From positions 1 through 25,599 of the IMG/VR virus record IMGVR_UViG_3300020042_002812: a stretch of DNA of 25,599 bases. The stretch is one strand, 5' to 3'. The position numbers and the translations under genes were made by a program. The stretch comes from a virus (lineage: Duplodnaviria > Caudoviricetes). Below the pieces are notes generated by a model. The model had not been told where the DNA came from, made no database searches, and worked only from the letters and a program-made list of their open reading frames with translations. Below are positions 8,860-17,321 of the stretch, piece by piece. Numbering within the stretch: position 1 is the first letter of the stretch; each line of letters opens with the position of its first letter.

Positions 8860-9096
8860 ATGAGCAACATCAAACGCATGCTGTTCATTTGCCGCGAGTG
8901 CGGCGATGACATCGAGCCCAAGCGAGACGAGCTTGGTTACCGACTATGCCTACTGTGCGGTGAAGAAGCCGCTAGGCAAGAACGCAGTTCTTGGACTGTA
9001 ATCCAAGAGTACAACAAAGGTGCATACCAATTAGTTACGCCTACCGCAGTACATACAACCCTCAAACAGACTAATCCTAAGGAGCAGCGCACATGA
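8860..9096 (+). CDS. C4 zinc-finger protein, DksA/TraR-like finger (78 aa)
   Basis: CRECGDDIEPKRDELGYRLCLLC; GGGGAG RBS before ATG 8860. Confidence 0.7.
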   Translation: MSNIKRMLFICRECGDDIEPKRDELGYRLCLLCGEEAARQERSSWTVIQEYNKGAYQLVTPTAVHTTLKQTNPKEQRT

Positions 9097-9281
9097 ACAC
9101 AGAGTACACCACCACAAAGAGCCAAACCCTTGCCGACATAGGCATAGGCGTTCTCGCCACAATATTCCTCTTCACATGCTGGGGACGCGAGGGCTGGCTA
9201 TTCCAAGCTGGCCTAGTATGGGCAGGAGCCAATATCGGCTACCTGATAACTGTGTACCTAAACCAAGGAGAAGACGAATGA
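9093..9281 (+). CDS. Small membrane protein (62 aa, two hydrophobic segments)
   Basis: AAGGAG RBS, ATGA overlap, hydrophobic stretches. Confidence 0.7.
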   Translation: MNTEYTTTKSQTLADIGIGVLATIFLFTCWGREGWLFQAGLVWAGANIGYLITVYLNQGEDE

Positions 9282-9505
9282 CCGCTATGACTAAGGAAGA
9301 ATTCAAAACCCGATGGGAGTCCGATGACGCTGGCGGCGGCATCAGCTATAGCGATATTGCAGACTGTGCCGTGGCGTGGGGCATATCGCGCACCCCAAAG
9401 ACACGCCCTATGGATGTCATCCGCTACCAAGTGCTGAAGTCAGCGGGTACTGTGGATGCTGATGAATTCAAACCTGAGCTAGTTAACCAAGGAGAAGACG
9501 AATGA
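9261..9505 (+). repeat. 21-bp exact direct repeat pair at gene junctions
   Basis: AACCAAGGAGAAGACGAATGA at 9261-9281 and 9485-9505. Confidence 0.95.
9278..9505 (+). CDS. Hypothetical protein (75 aa) bounded by 21-bp direct repeats
   Basis: ATG 9278 after AAGGAG; starts MTAMTKEEFKTRWES and ends NQGEDE. Confidence 0.75.
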   Translation: MTAMTKEEFKTRWESDDAGGGISYSDIADCAVAWGISRTPKTRPMDVIRYQVLKSAGTVDADEFKPELVNQGEDE

Positions 9506-9693
9506 TAAACAAGTACATAGCTAAGGGTATGCGCGTAACAGTAGTCTTTGAGTACGACAGTATCAAGTCGCTCGACAACGAAGATGCTGCGGACATCATT
9601 GCCCAAATAACAGACGCAACCAAGAGTATCTGTGCCGATTTAGGCGCAGACCGAGCATACATAGATGACGTACAGGAGAACGAAGATGAATGA
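9502..9693 (+). CDS. Small acidic hypothetical protein (63 aa)
   Basis: AAGGAG RBS, ATGA overlap. Confidence 0.75.
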   Translation: MINKYIAKGMRVTVVFEYDSIKSLDNEDAADIIAQITDATKSICADLGADRAYIDDVQENEDE

Positions 9694-9880
9694 AATCAAA
9701 GTAGAACCACGCACTAACTACGGAGAGACCCGTATCTACCCCAAGTGCGAGAAGAGCAAAATCTTTGCCGAGATGCTCGGACAGGCCACGCTTACACCAC
9801 GCAACATACAGGCGATCATCAGGCTTGGGTACACAGTCACTGCTGAACACCCGCCCATAACGTTTGGAGTAACAACATGA
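9686..9880 (+). CDS. Hypothetical protein (64 aa)
   Basis: ATG 9686 after AGGAG; starts MNEIKVEPRTNYGETRIYPKC. Confidence 0.75.
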   Translation: MNEIKVEPRTNYGETRIYPKCEKSKIFAEMLGQATLTPRNIQAIIRLGYTVTAEHPPITFGVTT

Positions 9881-10233
9881 GAGCAAGCGAAATAACACCA
9901 CAAGCATGGGGGCACGGCAAACTCATGACCCTAAAACGAGGAATGCTCATACGCAAGTGGGGCGAAATAATTAAGAATGCCGAGCACATGGAGAAGACAC
10001 TGCTCCTGCTGATGGCGAACCCCGCGACTACTGCCTCGCAGTTAGCCCAAGCCTCTGCGTTGTACGTAAATGTGACCAAGCAGTTGCACGAGAGCGCAAG
10101 AAAGATTGATGAGAGTATCTACGATGAGGGGAAACCCAAGCGCGAACCCATACACATGCTCAGTTGCCCTGCGCATGCAGACAAAACAGGTAATGAAGAA
10201 TTTTGCTTATGCAGAGATGGAGTAACAACATGA
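9865..10233 (+). repeat. 16-bp exact direct repeat pair at gene junctions
   Basis: TGGAGTAACAACATGA at 9865-9880 and 10218-10233. Confidence 0.95.
9877..10233 (+). CDS. Hypothetical protein (118 aa) bounded by 16-bp direct repeats
   Basis: GGAG RBS and ATGA overlaps at both ends. Confidence 0.75.
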   Translation: MRASEITPQAWGHGKLMTLKRGMLIRKWGEIIKNAEHMEKTLLLLMANPATTASQLAQASALYVNVTKQLHESARKIDESIYDEGKPKREPIHMLSCPAHADKTGNEEFCLCRDGVTT

Positions 10234-10466
10234 TAGGTGAATACAAATGGATTGTCGTGTTAGGCGACCTTGACTGTGGCTTTAGTTTTTACGGGCCATA
10301 TAGTAGCTGGGACGAAGCTAATACTGCAATGGTCAATGACCCAACAGTCGAGGAAGGATGTACGTACACCATCCATTCGTTAGTCAAAGAGTACACGCAA
10401 GAGACATGGGCTGCGGCAGTAGCTGCACACAAAGCCCGACAAGCACTAGAAGGAGGCCCCCCGTGA
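10230..10466 (+). CDS. Hypothetical protein (78 aa)
   Basis: ATG 10230 after GGAG; starts MIGEYKWIVVLGDLDCGFSFYGPY. Confidence 0.7.
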   Translation: MIGEYKWIVVLGDLDCGFSFYGPYSSWDEANTAMVNDPTVEEGCTYTIHSLVKEYTQETWAAAVAAHKARQALEGGPP

Positions 10467-10624
10467 ACACTAGCAGATACTTTGTTACAGGCTGGAGCAA
10501 GCGGTTCTGCTGTTGGATGCCCGAGGCAATCGAGGCGTTTAACAAGAAGGCTGCGAAGGAACGATTTACAACCAAGTACCCGACACTAATCAAGGTGAAG
10601 GTATATCAATTAAGGAGTGAGTAA
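10463..10624 (+). CDS. Small basic hypothetical protein (53 aa)
   Basis: GTG 10463 after AGGAGG, with a GTGA overlap. Confidence 0.65.
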   Translation: MNTSRYFVTGWSKRFCCWMPEAIEAFNKKAAKERFTTKYPTLIKVKVYQLRSE

Positions 10625-10626
10625 TC

Positions 10627-11589
10627 ATGGGATACCGTTCAGTATTACACGTACCACAAGTAAGTACGTATGCACAAGCAAAGAGGACTTACGACAAGTC
10701 TGTGCCGATACGAGGCCGAAGCATAGAAGTCAGGCCGTTGGGTAAACGCAAGGATGTGGACACCTATTGGTGTCGCATGAAAGAGGACGGTAGCGAGGAC
10801 ATTGAGTTCATGCTGTATCGCACCGCAGTGCTTACGTTCAAGAAAGATGGCGATGTTGTGGTACAAACTAATGGGTACTCGACTATCAGTACGCACGAGT
10901 TCATTAGTCATGTTCTGCCGATGGTGTCGTGCCGAGGGCAGCGGAGCAACACTGTGCTTGAGATACGGGGCAACAAGTTCATTGTGCCTAAAAATCAGGC
11001 GATGACATTGCGTATGGTTGATGGTGTGTGGACTGTGCCCGAGCCGATAGATAGCTACGAGTACAGGCTAGACCGCAAGGCGGCAAAAGATGTTCGTGCT
11101 AAGTACAAGGACTTCTACACCTACGTCAATAGTATGGTGAAGATTCGTTCGGTTATCCAAGAGCCAACGCAATGGGCGCGAAGCCAGACGCCATACCCAG
11201 TGATTGAGTTCAACCCGCAAGAGTTCTTCGACATGCTTGGGTTTGAGTTGCACTTAGTCACAGGAGGCAAGCGGGTTAAGCGTACGTTCGTGAACATACA
11301 TGAGCGCAAGGTCGAGTTGGACTTCTACATTAGTGGTGACCAGCCAGCCGAGGTGCGCAACGACAACTTCTATGCGGCGTTCCTAGGCATGGCGATGGAC
11401 GAGCATAACCATTGGGAAACGTACAACAAAAGTGAGCGCCCTATGCAAATCAAAGCCAAGCTGATACTAGCGCGTATAGATGAGCAGATACTGCGTGCCC
11501 ATGCGAAGGATGTGCTGGTGTGGACGAGGCTAGCCCAAGGCGTAGTACCCGCAGGTGATTACAAGGACTGGATAAATCTAGATGATTGA
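10627..11589 (+). CDS. Hypothetical protein (320 aa)
   Basis: Long ORF with TAAGGAG RBS; begins MGYRS. Confidence 0.85.
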   Translation: MGYRSVLHVPQVSTYAQAKRTYDKSVPIRGRSIEVRPLGKRKDVDTYWCRMKEDGSEDIEFMLYRTAVLTFKKDGDVVVQTNGYSTISTHEFISHVLPMVSCRGQRSNTVLEIRGNKFIVPKNQAMTLRMVDGVWTVPEPIDSYEYRLDRKAAKDVRAKYKDFYTYVNSMVKIRSVIQEPTQWARSQTPYPVIEFNPQEFFDMLGFELHLVTGGKRVKRTFVNIHERKVELDFYISGDQPAEVRNDNFYAAFLGMAMDEHNHWETYNKSERPMQIKAKLILARIDEQILRAHAKDVLVWTRLAQGVVPAGDYKDWINLDD

Positions 11590-11614
11590 CAGTTACATCA
11601 CTTTGTGGTACAAT
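11586..11614 (+). promoter_or_regulatory. Sigma70-type promoter P3
   Basis: TTGACA, 17 nt, TACAAT, with an extended TG; the -35 box overlaps the upstream stop codon. Confidence 0.85.
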
Positions 11615-11692
11615 GGTGGCTGAAGTTAGGGAGTTAGTAAAGAAGTTAGATGTTATTTAGTGTTACATTTTATTTAATCCGAAGGAGTTAGT

Positions 11693-12760
11693 ATGGCTGA
11701 AGTTAATTTTGGTAAGACCGTGACGTTGAAGCAAGCGGTCAATTTGATTGTGACCAACCCCGAGACACGGTTCATGCTGCGGGGTGAGCCCGGTATCGGC
11801 AAGAGTTCAATGCTCGAAGAAATTGCCGAGCGACTAGGCTACGAGTCTGCGTATATCGACGTACCCAATATGGACTTGGGCGACATTGCCATGCCTGTCA
11901 TTGACCACGATACACGCACCACAAAGTATTACCCCAATGCTAGGTTCAAAGTACATCTAGGCAAGCCGGTGGTGATGATGTTTGACGAGTTCAGTAAGGG
12001 CGCAGAGCCTGTGAAGAACATGCTGCACCCATGCCTAGAGAAGAAGAATCCGCGCTTTGGTGACATCAGTTTGAACAACAGTAACGTGGTATTCCTAACG
12101 GGTAACTTGGCAACCGATGGCGTGGGCGACACACTCAAATCACACACCCGCAACCGTATCGTTGAGTTGACAGTAGCTAAACCCAGCGCGGACGAGTGGA
12201 TTGATTGGGCTATCAACAAAGGCAATATCGAGCCCGAGGTGATTGCTTGGGTTAATCGGTTCCCGCATGTGCTGGCTAGTTACATCGACGGCGGACAAGC
12301 GGACAACCCGTACATCTACAACCCCCGTAAGCCTATGACTGCGTTCGTATCCCCACGTTCGTTAGAGACAGCATCGAACATTGTGCGTACTCGCAAGCAG
12401 AACGACACTGATGCAGTTATCGCAGCATTGGCAGGGGCTATCGGTGAGAGTGGTGCACGAGACATGCAAGCGTACATCGAGTTTGCCGACCAGCTACCGA
12501 CATGGGAGGCGATGATTAGAGACCCTAAGAATACCCGAGTACCTACAAGCTCAGGCGCATGTGCCATCGTCGTGTTCGGTGCGATTGCACGTATTGATGC
12601 ACAGACATTCGGAGCGTTCATGGACTACCTTGAGAGGTTCGAGGCCGAGTGGCAAGCGGTGTTCGTGGTCAACATTGCCAAGACAGCGGGTAAGCAGAAC
12701 ATTGCGTTCAAGCATGCCAAGTTTGCTGACTGGGCTGCACGTAACGTCGACTTACTGTAA
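11693..12760 (+). CDS. MoxR/AAA_5-like AAA+ ATPase (355 aa)
   Basis: Walker A GEPGIGKS, Walker B MMFDE, sensor I TGN, Arg-finger region RNR, sensor II-like SPRS. Confidence 0.9.
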   Translation: MAEVNFGKTVTLKQAVNLIVTNPETRFMLRGEPGIGKSSMLEEIAERLGYESAYIDVPNMDLGDIAMPVIDHDTRTTKYYPNARFKVHLGKPVVMMFDEFSKGAEPVKNMLHPCLEKKNPRFGDISLNNSNVVFLTGNLATDGVGDTLKSHTRNRIVELTVAKPSADEWIDWAINKGNIEPEVIAWVNRFPHVLASYIDGGQADNPYIYNPRKPMTAFVSPRSLETASNIVRTRKQNDTDAVIAALAGAIGESGARDMQAYIEFADQLPTWEAMIRDPKNTRVPTSSGACAIVVFGAIARIDAQTFGAFMDYLERFEAEWQAVFVVNIAKTAGKQNIAFKHAKFADWAARNVDLL

Positions 12761-12781
12761 CTTGTTGTAAGGGGCACGACT

Positions 12782-13213
12782 ATGGGTTACAGAAGCGAGG
12801 TTCGAGCGGCGTTCTACACCACGGTTAAAGAGGAGTGGCCTACGTTGAAAATCTTTGTGGAGGAGAATTTCCCCAAGGACTTGAACGAAGACTTACACCT
12901 TATAACTAGCACAAGGATGTGGGGCTACGACTACAACGCATCGGACATCAAGTGGTACGAAGGCTACTCTCATATAGATGCGTTCGATAAGTTCACGGCA
13001 GTGTTCGAGGATATTGCCAACGATGCGCGGGAGCTAAAAAGCGTAGGGGGTCATGTGTATCACGAGGCAGTGAACCATTGGGCATGGGAGTTCATACGTA
13101 TAGGCGAGGAGCCGCACGATATAGAGCGTAGGCAGGGTGGGCGAAATAAAAACTACCCCATGCTCGCTGTGAATATGGAAGTATTAGCAGACTATGAAAC
13201 AGACAAGGAGTAA
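12782..13213 (+). CDS. Hypothetical protein (143 aa)
   Basis: AAGGGG RBS; begins MGYRSEV; sits between the ATPase and vWA genes. Confidence 0.8.
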   Translation: MGYRSEVRAAFYTTVKEEWPTLKIFVEENFPKDLNEDLHLITSTRMWGYDYNASDIKWYEGYSHIDAFDKFTAVFEDIANDARELKSVGGHVYHEAVNHWAWEFIRIGEEPHDIERRQGGRNKNYPMLAVNMEVLADYETDKE

Positions 13214-13216
13214 CAC

Positions 13217-14422
13217 ATGAACGAAGAACGGAAACTACAGAAGGCCAAGATTGCCTTGATGAGGCATCCTAAGTTTGCCCTGCTATCAGGCATCCTGATG
13301 GTGGGTAAGACTAGGGTAGAAGATGGACTACCGACTGCGGCTACCAACGGACGCGATGAGTGGTATGGGCGTGAGTTCGTCAAAGAGCTACGTGATACTG
13401 AGCTAGCCTTTGTTGTGGCGCATGAGGGCTACCACAAGATGTATCGGCACTTGACTACGTGGCGCAAGCTGCATGACGAAGACCATGACTTGGCTAACCA
13501 AGCGTGTGACTACGTTATCAATCTTCAACTGCGAGACCTAGACCCGTCTAGCCAAATCATCTGTATGCCCAAGTATGGGAAGGGCAAGATGAAGGGGCAC
13601 GACATGGGGCTGTGCGATGAACGGTTCCGAGGTATGAATGCCAAGCAAGTGTTCGACATCCTCAAAGAGGAGAAAGAGGAAGGGGGTGGCGGCGGTGGTG
13701 AAGGCGGCGAAGGGTTCGATGACCACGATTGGGCTGGTGCAAAGGACATGACCGACGAGGACAAGAAAGAGTTGGCGCGTGAGATTGACCAAGCGATTCG
13801 TCAGGGCATCATGGCACATCAGAAAGTTGCGGGGTCTGGCGCAGGGGGACTAGACCGCGAGTTGCAAGACTTACTTGAGCCCAAGGTTGATTGGCGTGAG
13901 GTGCTGCGTGAGTTTGTAAAAGCTACATGTAACGCGAAGGACGCATCGTCGTGGCGCAGAGTCAACCGTAGGTTCTTATCTACCGGCGTGTATATGCCTA
14001 GCATGATAGGTGAGAAGGTTGGTCACCTTGTGATTGGTATCGACACATCAGGTTCGATTGGTGGGCAAGAGCTAGCCGATTTTCTATCCGAGGTTAAGGG
14101 TATCGCTGAAGAGGTTAGCCCTGAGGTGGTGGACTTACTGTATTGGGACTGCGAGGTAGCGGCGCATGAAGTCTACGAGGGTAGCGCAGTGTCTGACATC
14201 ACTAGCTCTACCAAGCCCCGAGGTGGTGGAGGTACGAGCCCAAGCTGTGTATCAGCGTACCTGAAAGAGAAGAACATCAAGCCTGAGTGCACCATCATCT
14301 TGACCGATGGTTATGTGGGTAGTGATTGGGGTAGCGAGTGGACATCCGAGGTTCTGTGGTGCATCGTAGGTGGTAACACCGACACCGCGCCGAATGGTAA
14401 GACGATTCATATTAAGGAGTAA
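13217..14422 (+). CDS. DUF2201-like protein: N-terminal HExxH metallopeptidase-like domain plus C-terminal vWA domain (401 aa)
   Basis: TAATNG...HEGYH...N.A.D..IN; Gly/Glu linker; MIDAS motif DTSGS, GGGT and LTDG. Confidence 0.88.
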   Translation: MNEERKLQKAKIALMRHPKFALLSGILMVGKTRVEDGLPTAATNGRDEWYGREFVKELRDTELAFVVAHEGYHKMYRHLTTWRKLHDEDHDLANQACDYVINLQLRDLDPSSQIICMPKYGKGKMKGHDMGLCDERFRGMNAKQVFDILKEEKEEGGGGGGEGGEGFDDHDWAGAKDMTDEDKKELAREIDQAIRQGIMAHQKVAGSGAGGLDRELQDLLEPKVDWREVLREFVKATCNAKDASSWRRVNRRFLSTGVYMPSMIGEKVGHLVIGIDTSGSIGGQELADFLSEVKGIAEEVSPEVVDLLYWDCEVAAHEVYEGSAVSDITSSTKPRGGGGTSPSCVSAYLKEKNIKPECTIILTDGYVGSDWGSEWTSEVLWCIVGGNTDTAPNGKTIHIKE

Positions 14423-14425
14423 GTC

Positions 14426-15280
14426 ATGAGTATTAGTTCATCAGCGTTATTAGTGGAGTTGAACATCAGCGTATGGCCTGCGTCAAAGCTTGACCGCGAG
14501 ATTACCGACAAGGTAAACAGCGATGCTGGTGCAGTGAAAGGTGCAAGCCAGACTAAGAAGAATCTGTTTGCGGGTACTAGCCTACGCAAAGACATTGCAG
14601 ACTTTGCCGCAAGGGTTCGGCTGTATCACAACAGGCACACGTTGCCGTGGGCTGACAAGGGCGAGCGCATGCTGCCCACTGCGTTGTTCCTAGACTACAA
14701 GCAGACCATTAACGGTTACGAGCGTACGTTCGAGATGATGTGCGACAACTTCTTTATCGAGTATCCACGACTGGTGGCTGAAGCACCCACTGCGTTGAAG
14801 GGGTTGTACAAGGCCGAGGACTATCCTGAGATTGAGGAGGTCAAGCAGAAGTTCGGGTTCAAGCGCACGGTCAAGCCTGTGCCTGAGGCCGGAGACTTCC
14901 GGCTAGATATACCAGCGGAGGACTTAGAGGAGATGCGCAGTACGTTCATTGACCAGCAGGACAAGAAGCTAGCCGATGCGATGCGTGAGCCTTGGGAGCG
15001 TCTGCATAAGACGCTAGTGGGGATGTCGGAGAAGTTGACCGATGTTGAGGGGGATGATGGCAAGAAGCGGTATCACGATACGCTGATTACTAACCCACTT
15101 GAGTTGTGTGAGCTATTGACAAAACTAAATGTGACGAACGACCCCAAGCTAGAAGAAGCACGTAGGCAAGTAGAGCTAACGATGATGGGGGCCAACATAG
15201 AAAGCATCAAAGAAGATGCCCATACCCGCAATGAATTGAAGTCCAAGGTGGACAACATACTTAAACGCTTTGAATGGTAA
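14426..15280 (+). CDS. DUF3150-like protein (284 aa)
   Basis: LLVELNISVW...TLPW...G.R.LP pattern recalled for proteins found beside phage/ICE AAA-vWA pairs; not verified by search. Confidence 0.55.
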   Translation: MSISSSALLVELNISVWPASKLDREITDKVNSDAGAVKGASQTKKNLFAGTSLRKDIADFAARVRLYHNRHTLPWADKGERMLPTALFLDYKQTINGYERTFEMMCDNFFIEYPRLVAEAPTALKGLYKAEDYPEIEEVKQKFGFKRTVKPVPEAGDFRLDIPAEDLEEMRSTFIDQQDKKLADAMREPWERLHKTLVGMSEKLTDVEGDDGKKRYHDTLITNPLELCELLTKLNVTNDPKLEEARRQVELTMMGANIESIKEDAHTRNELKSKVDNILKRFEW

Positions 15281-15290
15281 GGAGATACAC

Positions 15291-16163
15291 ATGAACGCAA
15301 TGGAATTTACTAACGTAGTCATATCCGAGAAACTACAACGGGAGCGGGGCATACCCAAGACCGACTACACACTATGGGGGCCGATGAACACTGTGATTGA
15401 TAAGCTAGCGCCCTTGCATCCGCTGTGGCGTTTTGAGATAGTGGAAGCCAACAACTTTTCAAATAACCATCCTGATGTATTAAGAATCAAGGTATCAGAG
15501 TATGGGGATGTGCTTGGGTACATTGGGCGGCAGTGGCATGCTCAGCAGTATCACTTGTTTATAACCAATGACCGCATAAGCGAGAAGATGTTGCGGGGTG
15601 GTTCGTATAAAACAGCAGACCCTGACAAAGCCATAGCCAAGATTAGGAAAGCCTTTAGTAGACCTAACGTCAAAGAGCGCGTAACTAAATCTTTGGAGTG
15701 GGCAGGGAGTTTCCTGCGGGATCAGACTAATTTCAAAGCGCGTGAAGAGCGTGAGGTTAAAGCACCTATACATAACGCAGCAACGAAGTTCATCATGGGT
15801 GAGGGCTGGCCTTTGTTCCTTGCGCACATTGAAAGCTGGCCCGTTATTGAACACACCAAGATGCTAAAGAATATACAAGAGCGGGACAGGCTTAAAGATG
15901 AGATGCTGACTATCGAATCGGTGCAGTCTAAGTTCACGGATAAGAAGACTGCGTTGGTCATCAAAGACGCGGGTAAGTACGTAGTAAAAATAGGTGACAC
16001 TGTACAGATTTATGATGATAATACGCTCCCTGCTAATCTGAGAGGTGGAATTGGTTTATTAAAGTTAGTAGATGTTGAACACTTCCTTACTGATGTTGGA
16101 TGCCGAGTCAATGAAGAAGTGTTTGTTGTGTTAGTCAAAGAAGAAGGAGAAGAGCATGCGTAA
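15291..16163 (+). CDS. Hypothetical protein (290 aa)
   Basis: ATG 15291 after TAAGGAG. Confidence 0.85.
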   Translation: MNAMEFTNVVISEKLQRERGIPKTDYTLWGPMNTVIDKLAPLHPLWRFEIVEANNFSNNHPDVLRIKVSEYGDVLGYIGRQWHAQQYHLFITNDRISEKMLRGGSYKTADPDKAIAKIRKAFSRPNVKERVTKSLEWAGSFLRDQTNFKAREEREVKAPIHNAATKFIMGEGWPLFLAHIESWPVIEHTKMLKNIQERDRLKDEMLTIESVQSKFTDKKTALVIKDAGKYVVKIGDTVQIYDDNTLPANLRGGIGLLKLVDVEHFLTDVGCRVNEEVFVVLVKEEGEEHA

Positions 16164-16356
16164 AGTAACCCTTATGGAGATGCTCAAAGAGCCATTCAAA
16201 AAGCCTAGCCCTTTGGAAGTGATTGCAAAGGAACTGGCACATTCGCACCTAGAAAAATTAGAAGCTGAGACTGCTGTGGAATACGCACAGTCCATAGTGG
16301 ACTACAACGTGACGCGAATCAAACGCTTGAACGAGCGCGTGGAGGAATACAAATGA
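16156..16356 (+). CDS. Small coiled-coil hypothetical protein (66 aa)
   Basis: AAGGAG RBS; overlaps both neighbours. Confidence 0.75.
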   Translation: MRKVTLMEMLKEPFKKPSPLEVIAKELAHSHLEKLEAETAVEYAQSIVDYNVTRIKRLNERVEEYK

Positions 16357-16652
16357 CCCAAGAAGAACTATACGCAGCTATAGGCCGAGCCACTGACAGA
16401 GAAATAGTTGGTGGAAGCATGGACAGAAGCGAGATAAACAAAAACCGTAAGTCAATACTGCAATCGTTTAACCATTACATACCTGATTTTCAGACCCACA
16501 GTGGGCATGTGGATGATCGGGCAGTGCATGTGTACTTCAAAGACGGTGAGGAAATTGCGCGGTACGAAAACAATAAGCATACATATACGCCAAGGTTCAA
16601 GGAACTGTGCCACGAATTAGTAGACGAAATTTTTGAAGGAGTAAATCAATGA
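16353..16652 (+). CDS. Hypothetical protein (99 aa)
   Basis: GGAGG RBS, ATGA overlap. Confidence 0.75.
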   Translation: MTQEELYAAIGRATDREIVGGSMDRSEINKNRKSILQSFNHYIPDFQTHSGHVDDRAVHVYFKDGEEIARYENNKHTYTPRFKELCHELVDEIFEGVNQ

Positions 16653-16876
16653 AAGATCAGTTATTGGACGGCGAGTATTTAATTACCAAAGACTACACAG
16701 ACTGGATGGTCAAGACCGGCGGTTACGCAAGGGACATGACTATGCGTGACCACCTTGCAGGGTTAGCTATGCAAGGGTTGTTAACGGCAGAACTTGTGGG
16801 TGAGTACAGCAACGACCATGTGGCTGAGATTGCTTATGTAATAGCAGATGCCATGCTCAAGGAGAGAAACAAATGA
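16649..16876 (+). CDS. Small phage protein of the 'RDxxAxxAMQG' type (75 aa)
   Basis: MTMRDHLAGLAMQGLL...AYVIADAMLKER; AAGGAG RBS. Confidence 0.8.
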   Translation: MKDQLLDGEYLITKDYTDWMVKTGGYARDMTMRDHLAGLAMQGLLTAELVGEYSNDHVAEIAYVIADAMLKERNK

Positions 16877-17091
16877 TTTACTGCGTAAAAACTAGGAGCG
16901 GGGAAATCCTCCCCGTGTGGCACGGCAACACGTTCAAGGAACCGCACAATCAGTTTGGTGAGGTGTATCACTTAGTCCTGACTACCAAGGACAAAGAGGC
17001 TGGTCACTTGATGTACAAGTTTGTTGGCCCCAATGATGGGTACACCATGCTGTGTGATGAGCAAGGTAACCCAGTGGAGGTGGAGCAATGA
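16873..17091 (+). CDS. Hypothetical protein (72 aa)
   Basis: AAGGAG RBS, ATGA overlaps. Confidence 0.75.
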   Translation: MIYCVKTRSGEILPVWHGNTFKEPHNQFGEVYHLVLTTKDKEAGHLMYKFVGPNDGYTMLCDEQGNPVEVEQ

Positions 17092-17321
17092 CTACTTGTT
17101 TAAACGGAAAATGTAACGGGGACTGCGACCAAGGCAGGAACTGCCCCGTCAGGCAGCAGCGCATCAAGGAAATAAACGATGCCTATACCAACGGCTATAA
17201 CGATGCTCAACTGGACGACCCCTACACCGACACAATTGGCACGTTTAAATCGTTGATCGCCGTGATTATTTTGGCGGCAAGTGTTTGGTTGTTGTTCTAT
17301 GTGATTTGGTGGAATTTATGA
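17088..17321 (+). CDS. Small membrane-anchored protein with Cys-rich N-terminus (77 aa)
   Basis: CNGDCDQGRNCP and a C-terminal hydrophobic helix. Confidence 0.75.
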   Translation: MTTCLNGKCNGDCDQGRNCPVRQQRIKEINDAYTNGYNDAQLDDPYTDTIGTFKSLIAVIILAASVWLLFYVIWWNL

